Source of the DNA: Gnetum montanum
Lineage: Eukaryota; Plantae; Gnetophyta
Assembly: GCA_015680685.1 (NCBI GenBank)
Contig: MNCI01002974.1
Location: forward strand, 115,433-179,432
DNA: 64,000 bases
Direction: 5' to 3'
Shown: one piece after another, positions 1 through 14,145 of the stretch
Layout of the letters: each line of letters starts with the position of its first letter
Numbering within the stretch: the first letter of the stretch is position 1
Translations under genes and position numbers: made by a program
Notes under the pieces: model-generated
Told to the model about the DNA's origin: nothing
Databases searched by the model: none
Seen by the model: the letters and a program-made list of their open reading frames with translations, nothing else

Positions 1-2899
1 TAGCCTACTGCACATGAACTATGAATGGTAGGGGAATAATGAAAAAGTAATGTCTTAATGCTAAAAATGATAAATGTAAATCATTGAAAAAATGACTAAG
101 TATAAACTACTAAAAAATAAACAAAGTATGGAATAGACTATGAGTGATATAATAAAAAATAAGTATAAAATCTATGTAAAAGAGAAAAAAATATTAAACT
201 ATTGAGACTATGGTATAGGAGAAGGGTCTTAAATCCCTTCCAAACTAATAAAATTCTTTATTAATGAGTAACAAAGTGTTCGCCTTCTATGGAGGGCCAA
301 AACTACAAGCAATAGATGAAAAACACAAGTGAATTAAAATTGATAATAAGAGCTTGAATCTTAAGGAAAATATGGATTTCGAGAGTGGAATTGAGCCTCT
401 ATAGGGTTAGGATATGGATGGGAAAGTTATAGGTATGATCTAGAATCCACTTTGGTCCAAAATAGGGTTGTTTTGACTAAGGATACTATCATTGACACTG
501 AAGCTAAAAAACTTCTAACTTTGGAATTTGCTATAGAAAGCTGAAAATTCTATTTGGAAGTAATGCTGAAGATGTAAAAGATGGTTGTGGAGCATGTGGG
601 CACAACAATGATGGTAGGCGTTGGTACTCTTGATCTTCTAAAATCTGATAATGCTCTAAAATCTTAAGAAACTAACCTTGAAATTTGTGCTTTGAGCTTA
701 TATTTATAAGTCCAGAGTTACCAATTTTAACTTAGGATTACTAAAATTGAATTTGGAGTTAAGTATAGTTTGCTCAAAGTTGACATTGAGTTTGAAACTA
801 ACAAGTTTGACCTTTTGACTTTTCAAGCTCAACCACATGGATAGGTGATGCTAACACTAACATCATTTGAGACCTCATTTGATGCATGAATTGATGCCAA
901 ATCATGCTGAAATTATGCAAAGGATTTCATGAAACTAAGAGAAGGCGCCAAATGTAGAGCTTGATGGTTAATGATGTCATTTTACAAGTGTTGAAAGTGG
1001 TTACACTCATGCTTAAGTCAACATTAGTGTCACTAAAAGTCAGTAAAAATCTTGAAACTTTCTCTAAGTTAGAATTTTGAAATCTTGAGGCCTCATTCAT
1101 CTTTGAACTAATGGCAAATGCTATCAAGATTCCCAAGAAGCCTAGAGAGTTGTATGTCAATGGCAGATGTGAACGACATTATCTAAAAAATCCCAAAAGT
1201 GGCAAAACTCATGCTAATCTTAGCATCAATGTCACTAGTACTTAGTGAAACTTTTTAACTTTTTTCCAAGTTATAATTTTTGAACTCCTGGGATTCTGTT
1301 CAACCTTCGATATGATGTTGAAGGCTACTGAGATGAATTCGAGAAGCCCAAGAGGACTAGGAACACTATGAAATGCTAATTTGAATGATGATGCAAGCTT
1401 TGACAATGTTGACGTTGATGCCAGCATCAAGATCAACACTAGAGTTAGAAAAATTTTAAGCAATATTCCATATGAAAGTTATAATTTCTAAGATGCTGAA
1501 AGTAACCTTGAAATGAGTTAAAATATGATTTTTAAATGTCAAGAGGCTTGTAAACTTGTGAAATGCTACAAATTAGATGTGTAAAGTGACTTGGAGATGC
1601 TCTTACAAATTCTGACACAAGTCCCAAACTTATTGATGATCTAGATTTAGAAAAAATGTTTATTTTCTAAAACCCAAAAGAGCCTACAAAAAGTACCAAT
1701 TTTGGAAGCCTAATGTGCTAAAACTACTATTGATGAGACATCCAAGCTTTAAGAATCCATGGTGCATGTCAAAGCATAGTTCTGATGAGATTTAGAGGTG
1801 TTGAAAATGGTGTTTTCAATGTTGATTCTGGCATCAGCAAACATCATCCATACTTTAAAAAGTTTTGACATTTTTCTGAACTTTCTTGAATTCACTGAAA
1901 TCAAAGCCAAAATGGGATATGATTTCAAATGGTTCCTAAAGGTTTCCAAAGGTTAGAAATGTGTCATATGAAGCAATATTTATGGTATTTGGTCCTATTT
2001 TATTGAAGGCAGATTGATTTAGAATTTGTGTTACCTCTACTACTTAGAAAAACTTTGATCCTAGAGTTTTTCCAAGGTCACTAAGAATGAATTCCATAAG
2101 CTAGATTATGAACTCAAATGGTTCCTAAAGACCTCTAGAAATTGATAATGTGCCTTATGATGATATCTTTAGGGATTTTGATGTTCAAACTTGAATAGAA
2201 CAATGTCAAAACTATGCTTAGTCTCAATTTCAAGTAAATTGAAAGAGTGGATATAACACTATGCATAGCTTCAAGGCCAAGATAGTGAAATAAACATAAC
2301 ATCTTAATTTAATACAAGTTAAGTATCCAATCTTGTTAAAGAAGCATGGTTCCTATATTTGTAACTAAGATCCTTAACAAAATGGTTCTTTTAAAACAAG
2401 AAAATCAAATTTCCTAAGAGCAACCTTTAAAAGAAGTAAACTTATTTCTACTTGGTTTATCAAACATTAAAATCATAAAAATTTAATGTGTTCATTCTAA
2501 TTTTGAGACAAAACTTAAAATGAATAACTAAAGCATAACCAATTTATAAAATGACAAATAGGCAAAACAACAAACTAAGAATAAAGCTTTATTGTATTGA
2601 GACCATCTCTTCATTTTTAAAAATGGCAAGTACAACAGAATAGAAAACAAAAATTGCAAAAATTTTAGTATGTTCTTGATTAATTCATTTTCTTCCAATG
2701 CTTTCTATTTTTTTGTCTCTCTATCCTACTTTATTCCCCCTCTTTCTCTTACAACTTCTAATTTTGTGATTGTCAATATTGTAACTGCAAGGTCTCTAGA
2801 TTCAGGTAGTTCCTTAATGAATCCATATGATCATTTTTGTGGCTTTAATAACCATAATCATTATAGATAGTGCTTTTAAATATTACATTTAGCTTCATT

Positions 2900-4120
2900 T
2901 CTTCATTTTCATGAAATATAAAGATAGACTCTACAAATTGACAAAGTACTAATAAGAACAATAAAAATAAATCATACAAGTGTTTTGTTGTAACATTATA
3001 ATGTTGTCTCAAATGGGTAGTCATAGCACAAGAATGAAACACATGCAACTCATCTTCAAGGACTCCTAACCTACACAACCTACAATTGTGCTTTTATCAA
3101 GGGTGTTAAATCCATCTTCCACTTTTAATTCTAAAATATTGAGAACTTAAGCGAAACTTACTGATAGCATTCCAATACTAGATTAGAATATGAGCTTAAA
3201 AATAGGAAGCTTCTACTTCTAGTTTATTAGATCTAATGTGATATAAATAAAATTGTTTGTTTCCTTTTACATTATACCACATCTATCTTAAAACGTTTTT
3301 CTTGATTAGTTGGTGAATATGCTAAGATTTTGTTGCACGTCCTCCCAAGATATATTCTATTTTCTCAATCATTGCATTCCCTAAAAATACCAATCATAGT
3401 CTCATGAATCCTCAAGAATTGCTTTAGAGAATTTGTCTTTCCTTAAGATATGCAAGCTATGAGTGTATGTAATAAATTAGCNTTCTTTCCTTAAGATATG
3501 CAAGCTATGAGTGTATGTAATAAATTAGCACAAAGCTTTTGCTTCTAAAGATAAAAAATCACGTTCACGTAATAACATTTAGTAAGGTGTTGACATCTTC
3601 ACCTTTAACTCATTAAGAACAAATTTTTTTTGCACTTTTTAATATCTTTCCAAAGTTTAACACTGAGTCTAGGTCCCCAAACAACACATCCATACAATAC
3701 AATAGGCTAGATGATACTATGAAAAATTTATTTTCTGACCTTCCAAGCCTAGAGACCTAAATCCTTACACTTGTTTTTAAAAGCATACAATGCCTTAAGA
3801 GCACCTACTATTTTTTCTTTGATATACTTCCCCAACATGTAATTGTTCATATAAATGAGATCGAAATATTTAAAAGAATCTACTATTTACACATTGATGC
3901 CTCTAAAATGGAAGTTATAATAGGTATTTCTTATACCCAAGATAATTAATTTGGTTTTATTCACATTCACTTGAAGATCGTATAAGTGAAAATAATTTTC
4001 TAAAATTTGCAACATATTTTGCACACCTTCTATCATAATGGAGATTAAGGTAGTATCATCTACATATAAAAGAAGATTTACGACTTGGGATGAAATGAGA
4101 TCTAGGTTAATCCACTCCAC
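2900..4120 (-). mobile_element. Degenerate LINE (non-LTR retrotransposon), 3' half of ORF2
   Basis: The minus strand reads LLLYVDD (RT YADD motif), then LQVNVNKTK, FKYFD, and later KFRLSS..GRW..CRLCRLGVLEDELHVFHSC (C-terminal CCHC). It has many stops. Ends are approximate. Confidence 0.8.
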
Positions 4121-4824
4121 TAGAGTCATTAAGAACATGCTTCTCTTTATAGATAATGTGGTCCTAATTGCAAAATTAACTACAGAATTAAATTATATGC
4201 TTCAAATTCTTCATGACTATTACAACTATTTAGGTGTGAAAGTTAATATTAATAAGACTAAAATTCTAGTTTGTGGTACTATAAATAGAAAATACAATTT
4301 TTTCCTTAGAGAAAAAAGACGATATATGTGAAGCTTATAAATATTTGGGAGTTGAATTTGCCAGTAATTATAGTTGAAATACTCTTATTGCTCAAAGGGT
4401 TTCAAGTGGCATGTAAGCTCTATTTGCTCTAGGAAATAATTGTAGTAGGAAACAAATTCTAGCATGGAAGATTAGAAGAAAACTTTGTCGTAGTTTTGTC
4501 CAACTTGTATTATTATATAGGTGTGTTGCTTGGAGATCTTCTCTTTTTATACATAATTGGAAAAAATTATAGCATATTTAAAATTAGTTTCTTATATGAG
4601 AATTTCAAGTCAAAATGGAGATTTTTTATGATATCTTACTTTTAGAAGCAAATTTACTTGCTCTTGAAGTTGAAGCTCTTTGTCAATTCATTACTTATAC
4701 TTAGAAGTTAAGCCACATGGAGGAAGTTAATTAGGCTAAGGAGATAATGAATGTTATAAAAGAAAATGGATGGTTGCATCAAGAAAAAATATGCCTTTAG
4801 TCATAGAATATTACTATCGAGGAT
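4121..4824 (+). mobile_element. Second degenerate LINE, RT C-terminal part (left piece, interrupted by an LTR insertion)
   Basis: Reads MLLFIDNVVLIA..GVKVNINKTKIL..YKYLGVEF and ends ..NITIED at the target site AGGAT (4820-4824). Confidence 0.75.
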
Positions 4825-4906
4825 TGATAAGTGGTAGGGTATCCTAACACTCCATCATACAAGTCACAAGTGCATGTGCATGACCAAATTATAATCTGTG
4901 GATGGA

Positions 4907-5869
4907 TGATGAGCGGTGAGGTACCTCTACGTCCAACCATATGAATCACAAGTGTGCATGCATGATCCAATCAAATTGCATGGATGGGACTAGTTGTGCA
5001 TCTAGATCGTTATACCTTGATTGTAGTTCATTGTCTTCCCACTTGGACTAGTGATAGCTTTATCACATATGGTTTAGTCCAAAGTGAGGCATATGATTTT
5101 TTATGTTGTTCATCCCTAAGCTTCCCTTAATGATAATAAAGAAATTAATTGTTTAATCTAATTAACAATGGAAAGTAATGTATAACTAGCCTATGTGCAA
5201 TGAGTATCCATTCCCAACCCTCCATACATGCCTTAGACTTCATGCAACTACTGTTGGGATTACCAAGCATACCGATATTGGGTGTACCAAATGATAACAC
5301 TACTGGGTTACCAAGTAGTTACACTTAAGCGCTCATAATTAGTCATACTCATTCCACTTAATGACAAAAAACGATGAAGAGTAATAAATGATAAACATTA
5401 ACTAGGGGAAATAATAAGCATTTAAGTCATTAAAAATAATAATAAAGCTAAGTGGATGCTACAATGTTGGGAGTAATCTCGATCTTTATTATCGATCGTG
5501 TAACATATCCAAGTATGTCACACTCAAATGTCATATAATCACTTGACATCACATTGCAGGCATGCATTGGAAACTAACAAAACTTGAAATCTATCAGAAT
5601 CTATGAATCTATCTATCTATGTCTCTCCCTCCCAATCATGCATCCAAGTGTTGTATTTATAGGCTAGCACAGAAGGAGCAATATCGGATATTCGATAACA
5701 TAGCATGTGATCCAATATTGAATATGCAATATCGTGACTCCGAGATTGGAGCTTCAATATCTTAGCTAACCAAAAATTGACTTTTTATCAAATAGATGCG
5801 ATATAGCATCAACGATATCACAAATGTGATGTAACATTGGTGATATTCCAACCAACAAATGATTCATCA
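4907..5869 (-). repeat. 3' LTR of the Athila-like element
   Basis: Starts TGATGAGCGGTGAGGTACC (family terminus) and ends CATCA. It is followed by TACCCTCACAACTGAGTAAAAA, the reverse complement of the PPT region. Confidence 0.8.
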
Positions 5870-8800
5870 TACCCTCACAACTGAGTAAAAATTCATTCTC
5901 AAGGTAACATGATAGGATCGAGCTTTCCTTACAAAAAATTAGGAATGATGGGATTATTGACTGACACTAACTACTGACTAACTTTGAGTGCTACATTACA
6001 AAATTTTATTCAAGTGGATGCACACAAAACGATAGAGTGATAAAAATACTAGAAAAACATTGAAGATTACAAAATTTGCAGAGGTCTTCAAGAATTCGCT
6101 AAAGATGATTCTTCTTATTACTACTAATGATGGAAGACTTTTAACCTTGATTGTTATGTCGATGCTTCTTTAGTTATGTAGAAAATTCTTGAAGGGTGGA
6201 CTAAAATTTCCTCTCATCATCCCCTGGATCTAGCAAACATGTGAAGTTTAAGCTGCTATCTTGTATGTGCTATGATTTTTCCATGGGCATATCCTCCGTT
6301 GTCCTCATCTTGACTTCGTTTTCATGCCTAGAAAAAGACCTTCTTCCTTAGACATCTCTTTTAGCATCACCTATAGTCACCAAAGGATCAACATTAGTTT
6401 TGGTAAATTTTCCTTAATAATTAACCCTTTCAAATCCCTTATTTTGTGTTAACCATAAGGTGATGATAATATACTATGCCCAAGGCTACGAGGTAACTAA
6501 AATCATCAAGTTGTTCACATTTTTTTGATCAATTACTATTGGTTATCACAATGTTCAAAAATAGGATGTTAGAAAAAATTTTAAAAAATTTCAAAGCACA
6601 TAAGTTTTCAAACAATTGAAATCAAAGGTCTGATTTAGAAGATTGTTAAGAAATATTAATGGATATGGAAATAGAAAAGTAGGAAAAATTAATGAAATGA
6701 ATGAGAATTAGTCCCAAAATTATGCATAAATTAAAAGAAACTATCATTAGTGTTCTGGAAGATGTGAAGGTTAGTTCAAAGCCATGATCAACAAAAGTTA
6801 TGCAATTAGGTCCTCCCTAAAGCAGGCTCCTACCATAATGCCCTTGCATACCCACTTCTATGGATGTTCATGGGCACCCTAGAAGTTAAATGTAGATCAT
6901 GCCTTTGTTCTAAACAATACACAACTACCATGTTTGGGATGTTGCACTATACTATACAAAACCAAAAGGCTCATAATCACATGCAACAATGAGATGAATA
7001 ATGGGATGAGAAGGGATTGCAGAGATCAGGATGTAAGGTACTTGACCATGTCCACAATAGGTTCTTGTGAAAATTGTGGTTGAAATGATTAGCATACATA
7101 TCCGTCCAAGTTCAAACCAAGTCCAGACCATGAATAGTGACTACATTGATGTGTTCCTTCCTGCCCACCACCATGAGTCCATAACCACCTTAAAGAACAA
7201 TCATCACTCCAAAAAGAAAAGAAAAGATAAGAAGGATGGAAGGGCCTTAGTCAGAGGGAGCCTTAGTCAGAGGGACACCTTCAAGCATGGGTGACATGTA
7301 TTTTTAGCCCCATAACCAGTGCTTTGAATTCCCATTATTGTTTTTTTCTCTCTCTCTTTTTTGTTTTTTTTATGGGAACCACACCATGCAAATACTTTTA
7401 CCTTCCTCTTATTAGTCGATGAAGGAGTAATGATACGTTCCAAGATGAGTCATAAACCACATGAAGGAAGTCAAGAAGAGAACCCAACAAGTCCCCTTGA
7501 GATCACACCCTTTACCATTCCCACTTGGTCATTCCCTCTTTCTTCAAGGTACAATGATCATCAATGAATTTTAGTTTCATAAAATAAGAACCAAATCATT
7601 TCCATGAAAAAGACCTTTTATTCAGAGAACTAGAGGGATGTAAGAGGTGGTCTCACTGCTTTACACAATTACTTACCCAATCATCTTGATAGCATAGCAC
7701 AAAAACCCAACACATGGTGTTGAATTTTGCATCATTACTTGGCAATATTATTAATGTAAACATAAAATACATTCATAAACATAAAGAAAATGACTTAGGA
7801 AAATAGGAAATTATAAAGAAAAGAAAAGAAAAATATTAAAAAATGGAAAACATATTAAAAATTGAAAAATGTTGAAAAAAATGGGAAAATCATAAAGAAT
7901 TGTAAAATAAAAAAGTGAAAAGCACTTATTAGTTCTTAAACCACAATGGAGCATCTCCCCCATAACTAATCTTATCACTGCACATTCAAGAGATGGATCG
8001 CATAATCCCCTAGTTATACACCACTAGTTTCCCATCTATCACCATTACTGATTTAATTAATCATGTGGTAGCAAATCTAACATTGGTGATAGTCTCGTTT
8101 GGATCATTCGGAGACATATCTTCATCTAGAATTAAAGGTATTTCCATTTTGGGGGGGTCTAGATGTGTTTGCTTCTTCTTGATTTTCTATTTTTATTCCC
8201 AAGTCTCCTTGTTTAATATCCTTTTTTGGTGTATACTCAGAGTGTGTAAGATATATGCATCTAAGTCCTCTATTTGGTCTATTTTCTTAAGTCTAGAACT
8301 AATAAGAAAATAAGTTGCTTTCATGCATCTTTGAAATAGTTTTATATTCTAATTTTCAAGCCACTGGGTGTCTTCTGGTTTAGTGGCTATTGCATAGACT
8401 AGCTTTTGCTCACACACTTGCTCTTGAACTTTATGGTGGGTTAGTATATGGGTTGTGTTAATATTTAGAACTTTCGACCCACAACTACATCCTTTACTAT
8501 TAGTAGTGATGCATGGATTATTCTATCCTCCACAGTGATAGGTTGATTGTTTCTGTTAAGTATTGGAGCAACCAGGGATGTTGGCCTTTATGTATGATTA
8601 GAGAACATTGGTTGTGAAAGGAAGAGTGTTGCACTTGATTGGCATCATGCTAGTTTGGATGAGTTAGTGAGTCCATAACTATTGTGTTTATGTATGGGAA
8701 CCATCCTAAAGAAACGACATTTCCAAGATTGTGGTGGAGATCTACTAGCATTATCATTTCTGTGTATGTCCGCAACACAAGTATCATTCTCTCATTAATG

Positions 8801-10826
8801 TTGTGGTGCTAAACTTTCCTATGTTGCTGGTGATGACATATGATGGAGGGAGTATGAGAATATTAAGGATATGATGAAGGATGAGAGGTGTGAGGTGGTG
8901 ATCTCATGGAAGATGTTGCGGGATGATGATATTCGGGAGAGTGGTAGTAGTGATTTGAGGTAGAGGAAGTAGAACTAGTTGAGGAAATAGGTTGTTGAAC
9001 GTAATATCTATATGGGTTCATTTGGCAGTAAGGATAGTGCTGGTTTGATGATGGCCTCCCCCACAACTATGGGGTTTGCCATTGCATTTGATAGTAGTTT
9101 TGAGGCTGATAAAAAGTCCCACTAGGATAGTATGGTTGGTTGTAGGACTATATATAATTACCTTGTGAGTAAGGTAATTTCCTAGGCATTTGCTTTTGTA
9201 CAAACTTCTGATTCAATGCAAAAGCCCAATACTCATGTAGACGTAACATGATTGGGCAATAGCCCTTCAGATGATCATATATAGCCTCCTCTTCTTCAGC
9301 CATTTTCCTTGTTTGCTAATAAGTGTTCCTAGTTGTTTCTTGCTTCTTTTTCCTTCTTTTATTGGGATCACTTAATTCATTTTGCATTACTCTCTCCTCT
9401 ACAATTTCTATGCAAGTTGTAACTTTCTCATTTATCCATTCTAACATCTTATCTAACCTTGCTTCAAGCACATTGATAGACTTTTATATCATCAAGTTTT
9501 GTTGTGAAATCACCTCATCAAATGCTACCCTTTTTTCCTTATCATAGATGTGGACCTTCTTCTTTTGAAGAGTTTGGTCCTAGTGATATTTCTCAACATT
9601 CTCTCATTTACATGACTCTCCTTCTTCTTTTTCCACACACTCGATTAGCTTTTGGATCTAATGGGTTCCTAGTTTGTATAATTGACCTTAAGCATACATC
9701 CCAAAGATCTCTCTCATTTGACTATGAAGCCCATCTATGATGTGGAAAAGTTGCTATTCTTGAGAGAAACCATGGCCTAGGCATCTATTCAGCAGAGAAT
9801 AGTATCTATCTACGGCCATATCCAATGGTTCATGTTGTTCTTATTTCCATCCTTGGATTTGTTTCCCTATGTGGGACACCCTTTCATAGGTTTGGTATTT
9901 TTCATTGAAAACTTCTAGCATTGTGGACCATCAATGGATTGAATTTGGTTTCAACAATCTATACCACACTTTGACTTTATCTATTAGTGTCCTAGGAAAT
10001 AGCTTAAGCTTTTGCCATCCACTTTAAATGTTGTGTAAGACACAAGCATTGTGGAAGGCTTGTAAATGATGTTGTGGATCAAAATCATAGCCTCCTGCAA
10101 ATTTAGGAATATTATTCATATCAAGCCTTTTGATGCAACTTTTCTTGTGATGCTTGTGGGGTATTTTAACTGCCTCTATGATCTACATCATGCTCTTAGT
10201 GGGCAACAAGGGTTCATCATCATTAGACATGCTGTGGTGAAATTTTCTATTTCTATTTGTATGATTATGACGATTTTTCCTATGTTCATTTTGATGTCTT
10301 TGATTTTTTTCATGGTTTCCATTTCTATTTTTATTTCGATCCCATAGTGGAGCTTTGTTTCTATCCCTACATTCATCTTCATTAGAACTAGATGTTGAAG
10401 AGGATGAGAAAGATGAGAAATTGGGAGGATTGCCATGGCTTCTATGATGTTCCCCATGGTCCCTTGATTTATCTTTTCCTGAGTTTGAGGAGGTCCTATG
10501 CCTTGAGGACCTCCTTGATCTAGGAGTTACTCCATCTCCTCTAGGATTATTTATCTTAGGTGAACCTAGTTCTTGAGTGTAGTAAGAGTGAAAATGAGCA
10601 TATGAAACCCTTGGTTGAGGTTGTTCACCCCAATTCTCTTTAGTGTAGATCTTATTAGTTCTCAAATGAATGTTCTCATCATATGATGTGTTATTGGTCC
10701 TATGTGAAGAAGACATGATTTCAACGTATGTGAATTAAAATAAAATATTAATATTTTCTCAAAGATAAATCATTGATACTTTTACAACAATTCTGTATAA
10801 TATAACTAATCTAGATAATTAGCACC

Positions 10827-10845
10827 ATCCCCAACAATAGTTCCA
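10827..10845 (-). promoter_or_regulatory. Decayed primer-binding site, tRNA-Asp type
   Basis: ATCCCCAACAATAGTTCCA resembles the plant tRNA-Asp 3' end ATCCCCGGCAACGGCGCCA, with mostly transition changes. It abuts the LTR at 10847. Confidence 0.6.
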
Positions 10846-11233
10846 ATGATATGCAGTGAGGTACCCCTACGCTCAACCATACAAATCATAAGTGTTCACG
10901 CATGATCTGGCTGAATTCCATGGATGGGACTAGTTATGCATCTAGATCGTTATGCCTTGATTACAATTTGTTGTCTTTCCACTTGGACTAAAGACACTGG
11001 ATAACTACTCAACATCACACTATGAGCATTCACTCTCTATCGCTAACTACAAAAACAAATTACAAGAGTCTAGCTAAGGTGCAATGAAAATTGTTGTTGC
11101 TAGTGTGACCAAGTGTCCATATTCATAAGGCTGCATAGGTCCTAAGAAAATACATCAACAATGATGTTGCATGGGCTACGATATTATCGTAGATATGATA
11201 GCATGCTTGGATAAAAATGGTTTTATTAAGGAT

Positions 11234-11600
11234 CTTCCTTTAAACAAAAGGCTCTTTCAAAAAACTATAAAAGACAAAGTCTTAGCTAAATTTTGGCTAA
11301 ACACATCAAGGAAAAAGCATTTTTATTTACATTCTATTAGAGAAGGTTTGTTATCTAGGAGTCAATAGTATCTATTCTCACCTATTCCTATTCATTTAAG
11401 GAATCAAATTACTAGAGTAAGAATAAGCTCTCATCATCTTTTTATTAAGATAGGTCATTAGATCGATATAGCAAGAGAATAGTTTATTTAAAAACTATGT
11501 AAATAAAGCATAAAAGATGAAGAACATATTTTTTTTATTTGGACCATATTTGGCTCACATTCGATTGAATTATACTACCAATTATAATTTTTTGATTACT
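11234..11600 (+). mobile_element. Continuation of the + strand LINE after the LTR insertion
   Basis: LPLNKRLFQKTIKDKVLAKFW..RVRISSHHL..DEEH mirrors the C-terminus of the minus-strand LINE and resumes right after the second AGGAT. Confidence 0.7.
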
Positions 11601-11901
11601 TTCTTTCAAATTGATCCTATCTACTTGGGGCATTACATTAATGTTGTTCTCAACTTTCTTCAACACTATGTTAAGGCATTGTAACTATCCAACAAATTCT
11701 TTTTGATTTCTTAGATGTAATAAAAATTTCTAATTTCTAGTTTATTACTAGAAACTAGGATTTGAAAGAATACTTTTTGTCAATACCCATTTCAAATTGT
11801 AGAGATGTGAAACTAAAACTAAATTTTTACTTAACATCCACTACGACCCTTTTGGAGATGTAGTTTCGAAATTCCTTTTATGTATTTTTTTATAAAATTT
11901 T

Positions 11902-12140
11902 GTAACCTAGTGTTGCTTACTAGAATTAAACTTGTGAATTAGGGTTTCCATGCCAAGACTCTTACTACTTAGCTAACACCTCATTGTTAGGGGATGTTGG
12001 AACCCTAAAATAATTGTAATATATGTACACCCTTAGATATATGGTCTAATTTGAACTTTATAACTTAGTATTGCCCATCAAAATCAAATCCATGACTTGG
12101 AACTTTCAAATCAAGAGACTTACCACTAAGCTAACACCAC
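11902..12140 (-). mobile_element. Two copies of a tRNA-derived SINE-like repeat (family 1)
   Basis: Units of ~80 bp at ~11902-11982 and ~12060-12140. The reverse complement reads like GAGGTGTTAGCCTAGTGG..GGTTTGATT (A-box and B-box like). Related copies lie at ~19570, ~20000 and ~45810. Confidence 0.55.
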
Positions 12141-14145
12141 ACTGTTACTAGTTTTATTACTAATTCTAGAGAAAATCACCAACAAATTGGATTTGGAATT
12201 CATATTTTAGACCTTAGACATTCCATGAAAGAACTAACACTAACATGGAAGAAGAGGTCCCTATCCAACCTTTAGACTTCCCCATGGATTGTAAGTCTTC
12301 TTTCATATTTTTACTAATGATTGAAAATTGGTTTGAAATTAAAACTTCATTAAGATTATTAACACAAATTGTAAACTTGAGCATACCAAAAAATGATGAT
12401 TGTATTAATACAAAATTTTTTCTTTGCCTTTTCTATATGATTTGAAAACTTCTTCATCAATAATAGGATTTGATGGGATGCAATATCACATAGGCCACGA
12501 TATTGCGTACACGATGTATCGTACGCAATATCTCGTCTTCACCTATGATATCGCGTACGCGATATCACAGCATGTTGCCAAATCTATAAATAAGAGGTGG
12601 CTCTCCCTTGTTTCGCCATCTAGATCTAGACCTTAGCCAAACTCTTGCAGTTTTTCCATTCCAGAGTTAGAGTAATTTTCATGTGCCCACAATAGGAGTC
12701 CCAAAGTGAACGGATCTTTATTCGAGCAAATATTGTACCTAAGCACAAGTTTGTGTACGGAAATAAAGACGAAATTTTTGGATAAACCTTGTAGTGCATG
12801 GACTAAGCTAATTAGGACTTTAATTATTATTAATTTTTTAAATGCTTTATTAGTTAATTAATCTCTCTCAACCCTCAACACTCCTAGTTAAGTGCATTCA
12901 GTACGACCGCTTCGAGCACATGCGTTACGCTTGGTAATCCCAGTAACGAATAGCATTTGGTAATCCCAGAAGGTTGCATTGGTTCAGGGTGTGAACGGCA
13001 AGTGGGAATGGATACTGATGCTAGGCATTAGAACTTAGTTAATTAAAGGTAGTTATGTAGTCTCTTCNNNNNNNNNNNNNNNNNNNNNNNNNNNNNNNNN
13101 NNNNNNNNNNNNNNNNNNNNNNNNNNNNNNNNNNNNNNNNNNNNNNNNNNNNNNNNNNNNNNNNNNNNNNNNNNNNNNNNNNNNNNNNNNNNNNNNNNNN
13201 NNNNNNNNNNNNNNNNNNNNNNNNNNNNNNNNNNNNNNNNNNNNNNNNNNNNNNNNNNNNNNNNNNNNNNNNNNNNNNNNNNNNNNNNNNNNNNNNNNNN
13301 NNNNNNNNNNNNNNNNNNNNNNNNNNNNNNNNNNNNNNNNNNNNNNNNNNNNNNNNNNNNNNNNNNNNNNNNNNNNNNNNNNNNNNNNNNNNNNNNNNNN
13401 NNNNNNNNNNNNNNNNNNNNNNNNNNNNNNNNNNNNNNNNNNNNNNNNNNNNNNNNNNNNNNNNNNNNNNNNNNNNNNNNNNNNNNNNNNNNNNNNNNNN
13501 NNNNNNNNNNNNNNNNNNNNNNNNNNNNNNNNNNNNNNNNNNNNNNNNNNNNNNNNNNNNNNNNNNNNNNNNNNNNNNNNNNNNNNNNNNNNNNNNNNNN
13601 NNNNNNNNNNNNNNNNNNNNNNNNNNNNNNNNNNNNNNNNNNNNNNNNNNNNNNNNNNNNNNNNNNNNNNNNNNNNNNNNNNNNNNNNNNNNNNNNNNNN
13701 NNNNNNNGAGAGTGAGGAGGTGTTGTATCAGAACCTTCATTTCATGATACACAACCCTGGTTCTAATGCCCACGAACACCAAGTGTTAAATGAGGGAACA
13801 CAAACAAATGATAAGGATGGGCAGTCTAATCGTCATCACGATCAGGGTCGTAGCCACCAAAGAGAAGGTAGGAAACATTGTCATGGCAATGATTCTCCTT
13901 CCTCTTCCCCTTCATCACATCACTCACCTTCTCCTTCCACATCAGGACGTAGTCACAAAGAGCACAACCATGAGGATAAGGGTAAGGATAAAAAAAATGA
14001 GAACCCTCGATGAGAGAGTCAAGAGCAAGGATGAGGGCATTCTAGAGAGTCAAGGCATGAAAGAAGGGAAAGTAGGGAACCACGTAGGCATCATAGACTT
14101 CATGAGAGAAATTATCATGACAAACCCCTACTTTCCCCTCGAAGT

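Larger units (their letters stand above)
4825..11228 (-). mobile_element. Old Athila-like LTR retrotransposon (gag+protease only) or LTR nest inserted in the LINE
   Basis: Bounded by AGGAT at 4820-4824 and 11229-11233. It has a partial LTR at 4825-4906, an LTR at 4907-5869 next to a PPT-like tract, and a truncated LTR from 10847. A decayed tRNA-Asp-type PBS lies at ~10827-10845. Gag and protease remnants (~8300-10716) parallel those of the element at 12471-19137. Confidence 0.75.

Noticed and set aside
1-2600. AT-rich region with degenerate internal repeats (e.g. ATGGTTCCTAAAG at ~1930 and ~2119)
   Set aside because: It is probably old TE or LTR debris, but no termini, TSD or coding motif could be established.
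3437-3529. Perfect ~46-bp direct repeat
   Set aside because: The copies flank a single N, so this is probably an unmerged contig overlap.
13039-13782. Long ORFs containing X runs (also 16162-16600 and 47672-48540)
   Set aside because: They are artefacts of translating through N gaps.
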